Positions 33,101 through 41,409 of a stretch of DNA of 64,000 bases are shown piece by piece. The DNA is taken from assembly GCA_946965045.2 (NCBI GenBank), contig OX337239.1, positions 2,356,001 to 2,420,000 of the forward strand, given 5' to 3'. The DNA comes from Epithemia pelagica (Eukaryota > Protista > Bacillariophyta). The notes below the pieces were generated by a model. That model worked only from the letters and a program-made list of their open reading frames with translations, did not search any database and was not told the origin of the DNA. Numbering within the stretch: the stretch's first letter is position 1; every line of letters starts with the position of its first letter. The position numbers and the translations under genes are program-made.

Positions 33101-36100
33101 GTGATCAAGGTGGATGACCACGTGGACACCCTTGTCCCTGTTCGTCCTCTTGGTGACCGCCACCGTGGTCCTCCTGAGTTTTGTGATTCCTCTGGGAGTA
33201 TTGTATACGGTCGTGCCCAGAAGTTGGCCCGCCGCATGCGCACACGCTCTCAGACAGCGGCCGCGGACTCCTCGACATTGTCTGACCGGTCATCAAGGTC
33301 GGCCACCGCGTCGTCGTCTCCACCCTTACCGCTGTGTTATGTGGCCGATACTGGCGGCGCTGCCACCCATCGGTTTACACCGTTCTCTCTTCATCGTTTG
33401 TTTGGCAACCGAAACTTGAAGGAGTTCTCCATCCTTAGCGAAGTGGGGACTGGCATTACTGTGTGTGATGCTCAAGAGGTCAGCGCCACTGCTGGTGACT
33501 TTACCACAATTGAACAACGTCGGCGTGGTAGTAGTCGACCTCGTCGTACTCGGAAACTTGATCTGGTCGGTATGGACATTGGCTATGGAACCGGGACTTC
33601 ACCCGGGGGCTATAATTATTGCTTGACTCTTGTTGATTCGGCGACCCGCTTTGTTTTCTGTTACGGTCTGCGGAGTCTTCAAAGTGCGGACATTCAAGAT
33701 GCCCTATGGCGATTCATCGTCGATGCTGGTGGAATGCCGCGTGTTATTCAATGCGATTTTGATTCGCGTTTCCTGGGGGGTGGTGTCTCTCGTTTCTTAC
33801 AAAGTCTACGCATCAATGTTCGATCCGCCCCTCCCCATCGCCAATCTTCTAATGGCCTTGTTGAGCGGTTCTGGAGAACGGGCGTCCGTATGGCTCGCGC
33901 CTTCCTCGCTGAGAGCAAATTACCGAGTCGCTTCTGGTTCTGGGCCCTGTCCGAGTCGTTTCGCCGCATGAACATGCTTCCTGTGCGACATTCCTCTCCC
34001 GATTCCGATGCCCCGGGCACATGGACCACTCCGCTCACGTTGTTCTTTGACCAACAACCGGATTACCGAGTTCTGTTCTCGTTTGGTGCTATTGGTTATT
34101 TCAATCGACAATCAGATGGTGCACGGAGTCGACGTCCCTTTGAGGCTCACAGCTTTGTGGGGATTGCTGTCGGCCGCAGTGCCTTCTGTAATGGGTTACT
34201 TTTCTACAACCCTGATCTACGCTCCTTCTCCGTCTCCAGCGACTATCGCCTCGATACGGACCGGGGCGTAGCCGATGCCTTCCCTGCTCTCATGTACGAT
34301 GGGGGGCTCCAGCTTTCGCTTCTTGATCGCAATGAGAGTAAGGTCGTCCACCCGCCAGGCACAAGTATTTATTGGAGTGTTCCTGGATCCACCGAACGGC
34401 GGTCGGGTACGGTCATTCAGGTACCGACATCCCAAACACCCAGTTACCGCATCCAAGACGCAGACGGCACTGCCACCGAGGTCGACGCCGATCATGTATG
34501 GGGGGTGAGTCCCTTAAAGGCCGATCATGGTCCTCTTTCCAGTGATACCGAGAGTGAGCCGATCGCTGATTTCGATAACGATCACCCATTGCGTCCATCT
34601 TGGATACGGGCCGGTGAAGCCATCACACTCTTTTCCGACGTCCATGGTTTTGTCCAGGGCCAGCTTCAACTGGATAGGGATGGGGACTGGGAGTTTGTTG
34701 GTCGTAACAAACAGTCCAACAATCAACGTCTGCTGATCCCTCTACCCGACCTGGTCCAAACATATCTCGACCGACTGCGAGATGGCACCTTACTGGTTGG
34801 TTGGACGTCCAATCCGTCGCAGCCACAACGAAGAGGGCGGTTCGTGTCTGCTGCAAATCTTTTGGTGAAAGCCGCTCCCAGTTCCCTACTACAGCTACCC
34901 CATCTTAATCCTACCGATCGCATCATATGGGGGGACTCATACGGTGAGGAACATGGAAGTCTCCGCAAGATGGATGTCTTCGACGTCATTACTGCCGAGG
35001 AATATGAGAGATACAAGGCTCTGGGATATAAAGCCATCCCAACGATGAACATCTTCACCGTAAAGCCAGATGAGTTAGGCAATCCGTATCGTGCGAAGAG
35101 TCGGATTGTTGTGTTGGGAAATCAGGAAGAACGGGTTTGGTCCAATTCGGACCGGTATGCACCGGTACTGCAGGCGACAAGTTGTCGACTATTGATATCG
35201 ATGGCTATAGAACGTGGACGCGTGGCTAAACAAGGCGATTGCAAGAATGCCTTTTGTCAACCGGAGTTGCCGGAGGACGAGGTAGTGATTTGCGAGCCTC
35301 CCCGTGGGTGTCCAATCAGTGCTCCAGGAACCTATTGGAAATTAAAGAAGACCCTATACGGTCTTAGACGTAGCCCACGTCACTGGTACGATAAATTCGT
35401 GGAAGTACTCGAGAAGGACTTGGGATTTGTCAAATGCAAGAATGACCCGTGTGTATTGGTGACACGTCCGTTCCCGGATCAAGAGCCACTCTATGTGGGC
35501 GTGTACGTTGACGATTTTCTGTACTTTAGTGGGTCTCCCGAAGTCGAGAAGTGGTTTGAAGAGTCCCTTGGCAAACTCCTGACCGTCGACTTCATGGGAG
35601 CAGTCACTTACTTTTTGGGTTGCCGATACCAATGGTTTCGTACCGCGAACGAGGGAGTTGGGGTACATATTTCCCAGCCGGGTTTCATTGAGCAACTACT
35701 GGAGAAGTTCCACATGCAGGACTCGGTCCCAGTCAAGACACCGTATCGATCGGGCCTACCCATCGACCGACTGCCCAGTGGAGCCGACGTGTCGGAAGCT
35801 ACACCGGAACTCCTTAGTCGATATCGGTCACTGATCGGAGCCTTGACGTGGCTCACCATCAGCACACGGCCGGACATTGCCGTGGCCCACAAGCTACTGA
35901 GCAGTCACATGACTAAACCAACCGAGGCACACATGGAAGCGGGCAAACACGTACTACGTTACTTGCGTGGCACCAGCGACCGAGGGCTCTGCTTCGTACA
36001 GAAAGAAAGCGACAATCAACTGCACGGTTTCGTGGCATGGCCTCCTAACGTACCACGAGCCGAGCACTCATCTGCGAGCGAGTACACTGACTCCAACTGG

Positions 36101-36709
36101 GGTCCACAGGACGCGTCGCGGCCATTACCGGAAGATGAGGAGACTCGGACGGTTACCTCTAGTGAATGTAAGTCTGTCCAGGGGGCCATGCTGATACGGA
36201 CAGGAGGACCACTGTGGTGGAAAGTCGAGAGGGAGGAACGGTGTAGTAGAAGTTCCTGCGAAGCGGAAATCAAGTCGGTGGATATGGCTTGCAAGGAGGG
36301 ACAGCATATTACATATCTAATGCACGAATTGGGCTTGTCGGATACCATGGAAGCGATACCACTCTACAACGATAATAAGGGTGCAGTGGATTGGAGCCAG
36401 ACGGGAGCTATCACGAAGCGACTGCGGCATTTGAACATGCGCGAGATTGCCGTTCGGGATTCCATCGCCGCGGGCGAAGTCAGTGTGCATCACATACCGG
36501 GTAAAACCAATCCCGCCGATCTCTTGACGAAGGAACACCGTGACGACCACCATTTTCAATTGCTACGGGACTTGGTTGTGCCTACTATCCCGAATCAGGG
36601 GGGTGTTGGAAAAGATGAGGTCGCCCGGCGCGGAGCAAAGACAGCAAGGACAATGACTCACGTAAAGAAAACAGTATCGTGGGCAGATATCGTTAGAGGT
36701 TCTCGATAA
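30158..36709 (+). CDS. Copia Gag-Pol polyprotein (2183 aa), ending inside the 3' LTR
   Basis: PR DSGAT; IN MDIG/DFD/NGLVER; RT GDCKNAF/YVDDF; RH TDSNWG/EAEI/DNKGA/ADLLTK, in copia order. Confidence 0.96.
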   Translation: MSASTGSTDPPGHSGSNGGFLSRTPFQRLLQGWQSIRPNSISSSDIRSFILQRHHTTLQAELDTTTTVPAAPIVDVPLISRSTPTVHQIRVKPDPEAGVPFDGNSLGAYSPYTRAVILNGGDQSVCRSDPSIVDTIEAVEDAVYEENLDDVGIYDVEPTPPPIVSTKGRLPSPSPLTTSLVSDVSIESVPDVSVIMSPSQPQVPPGVVLDSDDILVYAQVSSTAPSHPVTVKESYEGIGHPYLRGYIGPDRSTQQSQKRFYVVRTGWNPGIFTSWGAAWVRTVDYKSFTGHGAEFASAPTYAAAVRYLGWDPALSSNPRGPFPPPPSVPFVRGPTVGDLSSPSVAAPLVDPAVASRLASTLRAQDVAESTVAEVVRRLQRSFESSPGVSGSGGSVLSSRVETPEGKLRREQKGFPEYPATAFTGEDFDVYYETVQNILYMPHWSLADGSCVTSHVDTPDNDHDREISRQLHYHLVVSIQAHRNPVALSVLSELRSTDDYGNGIKLLESLRAIAYPNNTSSFLQDFDTWSRLSHRNKEDLTTFYRRAKEARHRLSTHSYDMTDFQFRTRFYYLVIKGPYGHAMSTLEEEFKCGRLNLATLSTQELFIQMHQEFRSQCYKSSSSMEVVDGKSVGGPSKGRRVHAGSSDQDDGFTPVGAAVSSSAAKQVHRDHKCILCKILRKGNKRFGPGIHSTAKCPILKECGFTIHYDYEKDQVLNPEGRPSTFSSGGGRPSARRVDSGGSGSAPTTGGGSSTRSTTDTAGSTPVVVETDTSSTDPTSPAPSPGKSPLRHDGVGRVASFTNPSHSIQVPEPTDDDEDAWSCGSCFTDDDQHSVTSYLRITRGDKEVVKLVTDITTDAHALPGAPYACRRSHDPSFTEARPFLCPDSGATADMFWDRSFFDDESYEELADQYVEMGDGSRVPIVGRGTVSFLMDGHYVRLSDCLHVPDLDVHLLSIRTHRRRGVGCTFLADDEGMFLTFPSFVIKVDDHVDTLVPVRPLGDRHRGPPEFCDSSGSIVYGRAQKLARRMRTRSQTAAADSSTLSDRSSRSATASSSPPLPLCYVADTGGAATHRFTPFSLHRLFGNRNLKEFSILSEVGTGITVCDAQEVSATAGDFTTIEQRRRGSSRPRRTRKLDLVGMDIGYGTGTSPGGYNYCLTLVDSATRFVFCYGLRSLQSADIQDALWRFIVDAGGMPRVIQCDFDSRFLGGGVSRFLQSLRINVRSAPPHRQSSNGLVERFWRTGVRMARAFLAESKLPSRFWFWALSESFRRMNMLPVRHSSPDSDAPGTWTTPLTLFFDQQPDYRVLFSFGAIGYFNRQSDGARSRRPFEAHSFVGIAVGRSAFCNGLLFYNPDLRSFSVSSDYRLDTDRGVADAFPALMYDGGLQLSLLDRNESKVVHPPGTSIYWSVPGSTERRSGTVIQVPTSQTPSYRIQDADGTATEVDADHVWGVSPLKADHGPLSSDTESEPIADFDNDHPLRPSWIRAGEAITLFSDVHGFVQGQLQLDRDGDWEFVGRNKQSNNQRLLIPLPDLVQTYLDRLRDGTLLVGWTSNPSQPQRRGRFVSAANLLVKAAPSSLLQLPHLNPTDRIIWGDSYGEEHGSLRKMDVFDVITAEEYERYKALGYKAIPTMNIFTVKPDELGNPYRAKSRIVVLGNQEERVWSNSDRYAPVLQATSCRLLISMAIERGRVAKQGDCKNAFCQPELPEDEVVICEPPRGCPISAPGTYWKLKKTLYGLRRSPRHWYDKFVEVLEKDLGFVKCKNDPCVLVTRPFPDQEPLYVGVYVDDFLYFSGSPEVEKWFEESLGKLLTVDFMGAVTYFLGCRYQWFRTANEGVGVHISQPGFIEQLLEKFHMQDSVPVKTPYRSGLPIDRLPSGADVSEATPELLSRYRSLIGALTWLTISTRPDIAVAHKLLSSHMTKPTEAHMEAGKHVLRYLRGTSDRGLCFVQKESDNQLHGFVAWPPNVPRAEHSSASEYTDSNWGPQDASRPLPEDEETRTVTSSECKSVQGAMLIRTGGPLWWKVEREERCSRSSCEAEIKSVDMACKEGQHITYLMHELGLSDTMEAIPLYNDNKGAVDWSQTGAITKRLRHLNMREIAVRDSIAAGEVSVHHIPGKTNPADLLTKEHRDDHHFQLLRDLVVPTIPNQGGVGKDEVARRGAKTARTMTHVKKTVSWADIVRGSR

Positions 36710-36766
36710 ACTCTTATAATTTCACCTCTACCTCTTTTTGTCTCTTGTCTGCACTAATCTTCAACA
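36604..36766 (+). repeat. Copia 3' LTR
   Basis: Identical to 29933-30095. Confidence 0.97.
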
Positions 36767-37105
36767 GACGCAAGCGCGATCGAGGCCAAACCTTTGTCCA
36801 GTATCAATCCCACGCCGCCGCTGCCGCACAACAACGCAAACGAAATGACAGTCCCACCTGAACGGCCTGGGGAACAACGGTCCAGTTGAATGCCATTCAC
36901 AACAAATCAGCTCCTCCGTCCTCCAATCCCCTTCGCAAATGGTCGGCGCTTTCCAAAGGTTCGGCTAGTCAACAGCAACAACAACAAAAGCAACGACCCA
37001 CATCGGGTGGCGCAAACGGAACCACGAGCGAACATGGGGAATTTGAACCCATTGATTACGACTCGATTTTGGAGCCATGGGACGAACCAAAACGATCTGG
37101 AAAAG

Positions 37106-37162
37106 ATGGTAGCAACGTGGCCTCTCATTCAAAAATCGCATGGTAGCAACGTGGCCTCTCAT
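37106..37162 (+). repeat. 23-bp direct repeat around an 11-bp filler (34-bp frameshifting insertion)
   Basis: ATGGTAGCAACGTGGCCTCTCAT at 37106-37128 and 37140-37162. Confidence 0.92.
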
Positions 37163-39009
37163 CTCGGTGACATGCAGGAGGTATCGGGAAATCAAATTGT
37201 CGAGTTTCGACAAGCTTTTGCCGTCATGGTCAAACCCTTTTTCTTTTCGCGATCCTTTGGTCCCGTGGAGTCTCGTGTGGAATGTATCCAGTCCACCGAT
37301 CAGTTTTTTCGCAGAATTGTCAAGATTATGGGAGACGACGAAAAGGGCGCAACCTTATCGGTGGATTTGGACGACCTGGTCCTATGGATGTACGATGGAT
37401 TTCATTCCGAATTGGAGCGCGAGCGCGCGGACGAGTTGATCGAGTTGCTGAGTCCCGATAGTGATGGGAGAATTGAATCGCTTGACTTTGTCAAGGCGAT
37501 TGACGGTATCTACAAGCAAGTTCTTTTGCTGGAAAATGCCGTTCTGAATGCGTCGCATATTGACCGTGAATATGAAAAGGTTATGAATTTTTGTTTCTAC
37601 TTGATTCTGGCCATTTTGATTTATGGATTCTTGGGACAGGATCTCTCGGCCTTGACTCTGGCATTGACGACTTTTGTGTTGGGTATTGCCTTTATGGTGG
37701 GACCCGCGAGTGCGCAAGTGTTTGAAGGACTCATGTTGGTATTAGGTCGTCAGCCCTACGACATTGGCGACCGTGTCGCGCTGGTAAGTAAAGAGATTGC
37801 TGGCTGTTGTTGGTAAACTGGCGCTGCTGCTGATCTCACGGATTGATCGCATGGACCGTTTTATTGAATCAGGATGATGCAGACGCTCCGGCTAAACCAC
37901 ATGGATCTCCTCATTGGATAATTGAAAGCGTGGGACTTTTGTCTACCACAGCTCGTCTCACGGGAACAAGTGAGGTGGCGACTTTCTCGAACGGTTCCAT
38001 TGCCCGGAGCCGTATCATCAACATGAATCGATCCCCCGATCCGCTTATTTATGTCTACGTGCGGTTTGAAACCAATGTTCCGTATTCTACCATTTTGATT
38101 TTCAAGGCGGCCGTTCAAAAGTTCATTGAGGATCGTCCTCAGGAATGGGCCGACATGGTTGGATTTCGAAACTCCCGCATTGAGCCGCAAGAAAACTTTG
38201 TCGAATATGTAGTGGTGTTGCAGCACCGACTGTCGTGGCAAAATTTGGGTTCTGTTTTAGAAAGCAAGGGTGCTGCCCAGACGTTTTGTGTGGAATTGTT
38301 GAATCAAATGGGTTTACACTACACGGCTCCACCCAAACCTATCCAGATTCGCATTGGAAACGAGGGAAAAGATGAGGAGATGAATGGCAGTAGGGAGGAC
38401 GAAAAAGAAGAAGAAAAGCAAGGAGTGGAAGGCGAAGACGTTCCACGGAGCTCTCCTGTTGCACAGCTGCAAAGGATGGTGCAACAGTTGGGATCTATGG
38501 ACACCACGGAAAACACAAGTCCATAGTAGAAGGAAAGCAACATGAGTTCGTAGAAGAAGGAAAGCAAGTCAACTACAAATCACGGGCCTTCATGTCTCGT
38601 TCCATTCCAAAGGATTGCACTCATGATAATTGGTTGGCATGAAGGCCAAGGGGCTTCATAGATAGATAAACACACACAAGTCATAGAATCGTCTAACACT
38701 TCGAGGATAGCATTATACGTTTCTCTTTGGAGTGAATTCTCACTTTTGTACCGACTTGTTTCCGACTTGCTGCTTTATGGTCGAAAGGAACCAAAGGTCG
38801 CAGTGCAGGATCGAAATGGCAAACGTTGAGAATTCCACGAGACGCGTCATGGACTAGATCATATCAGGGAAACCATGACTTAGACAGCCGGGCGAACGAA
38901 GAATAGTCTCATGGAAAGCTGCAGAAACACCCGAGGCCACGACATGCGATGGACGAAGCAGTGTGGAACTGCTACCCGAACATAAACACACACACACCCA
39001 TGTATTCGG

Positions 39010-41289
39010 TTACGAGTGTCGGTGATGACCTGGATGATGAGGATGATGATACGAAGATCTCTGATGAGCGGCTTGTTCGGCCGCTTGGACCCGTTCCTTG
39101 ATTGCTGCGGGATCGTATCCTTGATCATAGAGTTTTCGTTGAAAGTCATTGCACAAGATTTCCAATCCCTCGGAAAGTTGGCAAAAGGCTTGTTGAGCCT
39201 GTTCGTGTTCCTTTGCCGACGCCTCGGGTCCCAATCGATCGGGATGCCACTCTTTGGCCACGGTCCGATACGCCTTTTTGATTTCTCGTTCCGAGGCCAG
39301 AGACGATACACCCAAAAGTTTGTAATAGTCGGGCCGTTGGGCCTTGCGGACTTGAAAGTCGGCCGTTTCGTAGGCTTGTTGAATGCGCGGTTCCTGTTGG
39401 CCCCAGGTTTGTAGCAACTCCTGACAGTCCTCCAAGACTTGTTGGTGATTGCCTTGACCCTGTAAGGCAGCAAACCGTACCATCCACGCCGCGACATGGT
39501 CTTGTCGATGGTACAAGACCAGGGCCACGTCTTGGAGGGCGGCCGGGTACTGTTTGAGACGCACGTGCACTTGGGCTCGTTCGGTATGGAGTGTACTGTA
39601 GAGTGGTGCCTTGGGGGGAAGGAGGGGAGCTCGTTGAATGCAATTGGAATAGGTCACGAGCGAAGTTTCAAAGTTGCGTTGAAACGAGGCCGTACGAGCC
39701 TCGTCAAGCAAGTGGGACATTTGGAGCCATTGTTTGGTCAAGGGTGCCACAGTGGGATTGTCTGGATCCAGTCGAAGGGCCCGTTTCAACAAGGACAGAC
39801 CCGATTCCAACAATGGATTCTTGTCCCCGTCGTGCGACAGAATGTTGCATTGACCCTGTACCAGATAGGCCATGGATTCGTCATTGTTGTCGTTGATGTC
39901 GTCGTCCAGAGTATGAACTTTGCCCACCAGGGAGCTTTGTTGTTGTTGCTGCTGCTGGTGTTGTTGCTGCCGTCGTCGAACGGCTTGCAAACACAATCGA
40001 CGGGCGGAATCGACCAATCCCATGCCCAAATCGGCCCGTGCCGCCTCGAGCAAGAGGCTGGGCGCTGTCGTGACACGAAGCAAGGGACCCAATTCGGCCT
40101 TGGCAGCGGCATAGTCGTGTTGCGCCAGGAGTTGACGACTGCGCGTATGCCGTGTCAACAAGGCTTGGACCGTTTCATATTCGGTTTGGAGAGCAGCTAC
40201 GCCGGGACGACCACGACACCTCGAGAGGCCCTGTTCCAAGATTTGATGTGCCTTGTGGAATTGTCCCAATTGGATCCAGGCCTTGGCGGTTCGAACATGT
40301 GCCTTGACATGAGTGGGGTCTAGTGTGAGAGCGGCCGTGGCATCGTACATTGCCCCCCGGTAATCCTGGAGCCCCTGACGACTGGCGGCTCGATTGCTGT
40401 ACAAGGTGACTGACAATGTGGTGACAGAAGGGTTGGTAGTCTCGTGCTGCTTGGGGGATCCAAAATATATGGGTGGATCAATGCCGCTTGCCTCCAAAAG
40501 AATCGACAATGCCTTGGTATACAAATCACGGGCTTCTCGATAGTGTTGTGTCGCAAACTTGGCATTGCCTTCTTCCTTGAGTGAGGAGGCAATGGCCAGT
40601 GCTTGGTCATGATTTCGATTTTCGTGTTGTGGCATGGGTTGCGGGTCATTATTATCATTCTTCATGGTGGTTTGCATCGCGGGTGTGTTGATGCCATTTC
40701 TTTGGAGGGGTAGTGATGATGATTCGGATGGAAGAGTTGTTGCTGTTGTGGAACTCTCATTCTCATTGGTTGGTCTTGTCATTGAAGTCGTAGTGGTGGT
40801 GGTGTTTGTCGTGTGCGCCGATGGACTGAGCAAGTGGTCTTGCAAATCACCATAATCTCCCTTCCAGGTACAGGAGGATACGGCATGGAGGGGACACGAG
40901 ACTTGAATGCGTTTCAAGACACGATGAGCCAAGGGTTGACATACTTGCAAGGGTTGAACCCACAGAGCTCGACCACCCACCATCATGGAGGCGGACCACA
41001 ACTTGTGGTTGTTATTGTTGTTTGTGGTGGAGGAGTTGTTTTGGTCGGACGAGGAAACGAGCAAGGCTTGATTGCAAGTGGGACAAGTTGGACTGTTTTC
41101 TTCCTTGTTGTTCATGTCATGGTTGGAGTCACGACGATCAATCCAGGAAAGCAAACAGACTTGACAAAAGACATGAGAACAAACGGTTGTCACAAGACAA
41201 TCCAAGTCCACGAGGGATTGGCAAATGATGCATTCGTACTGGCTATAATGATGTTGGTCGCTCACCACTCCTTTCAATTCAAAACCCAT
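39010..41289 (-). CDS. RING finger + TRAF-type zinc finger + TPR repeats + C-terminal J-domain protein (DNAJC7-like)
   Basis: CIIC...CSHVFCQVC...CPTC; CPLH..SSCTWKGDYGDLQDHL; TPRs (LKEEGNAKF, LYSNRAA); DYYKLLGV...WHPD...RKLYD. Confidence 0.9.
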   Translation of the reverse strand: MGFELKGVVSDQHHYSQYECIICQSLVDLDCLVTTVCSHVFCQVCLLSWIDRRDSNHDMNNKEENSPTCPTCNQALLVSSSDQNNSSTTNNNNNHKLWSASMMVGGRALWVQPLQVCQPLAHRVLKRIQVSCPLHAVSSCTWKGDYGDLQDHLLSPSAHTTNTTTTTTSMTRPTNENESSTTATTLPSESSSLPLQRNGINTPAMQTTMKNDNNDPQPMPQHENRNHDQALAIASSLKEEGNAKFATQHYREARDLYTKALSILLEASGIDPPIYFGSPKQHETTNPSVTTLSVTLYSNRAASRQGLQDYRGAMYDATAALTLDPTHVKAHVRTAKAWIQLGQFHKAHQILEQGLSRCRGRPGVAALQTEYETVQALLTRHTRSRQLLAQHDYAAAKAELGPLLRVTTAPSLLLEAARADLGMGLVDSARRLCLQAVRRRQQQHQQQQQQQSSLVGKVHTLDDDINDNNDESMAYLVQGQCNILSHDGDKNPLLESGLSLLKRALRLDPDNPTVAPLTKQWLQMSHLLDEARTASFQRNFETSLVTYSNCIQRAPLLPPKAPLYSTLHTERAQVHVRLKQYPAALQDVALVLYHRQDHVAAWMVRFAALQGQGNHQQVLEDCQELLQTWGQQEPRIQQAYETADFQVRKAQRPDYYKLLGVSSLASEREIKKAYRTVAKEWHPDRLGPEASAKEHEQAQQAFCQLSEGLEILCNDFQRKLYDQGYDPAAIKERVQAAEQAAHQRSSYHHPHHPGHHRHS

Positions 41290-41409
41290 TGTAGATTGTC
41301 TTGTGTTGCCGTTCAGGTCACTCTTATTCTGTGTGTATCCCTCAAAAGCAAGTGAACACTCTCATCCAAACGACAATTGTCAATTGTTCGATTTGGTTCT
41401 CGGTATAAA

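Larger units (their letters stand above)
29933..36766 (+). mobile_element. Ty1/Copia (CoDi-like) LTR retrotransposon, intact and recent
   Basis: Identical 163-bp TG...CA LTRs, 5-bp TSD GACGC (29928-29932 and 36767-36771), PBS GGTTATTGAGCCC at 30096, PPT before 36604. Confidence 0.97.
19039..38526 (+). pseudogene. MscS-like mechanosensitive channel gene with EF-hand, disrupted by a LINE, a Copia element, four in-frame stops and a frameshift
   Basis: Removing the TEs gives exons 19039-20099, 29047-29089, 29252-29717, 29856-29932, 36772-37783 and 37873-38526 (introns 29090-29251, 29718-29855, 37784-37872). Motifs: TM helices, QSKGWP, EPWDEP, DSDGRIESLDF, GRQPYDIGDRV, FSNGSIARSRIINMNRSP. Stops at 19162, 29408, 29927 and 36859. 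Confidence 0.85.

Noticed and set aside
19162-36861. Stop-codon reassignment to explain the in-frame stops
   Set aside because: TAA, TAG and TGA all terminate intact genes in this window, and the same gene also has a frameshift.
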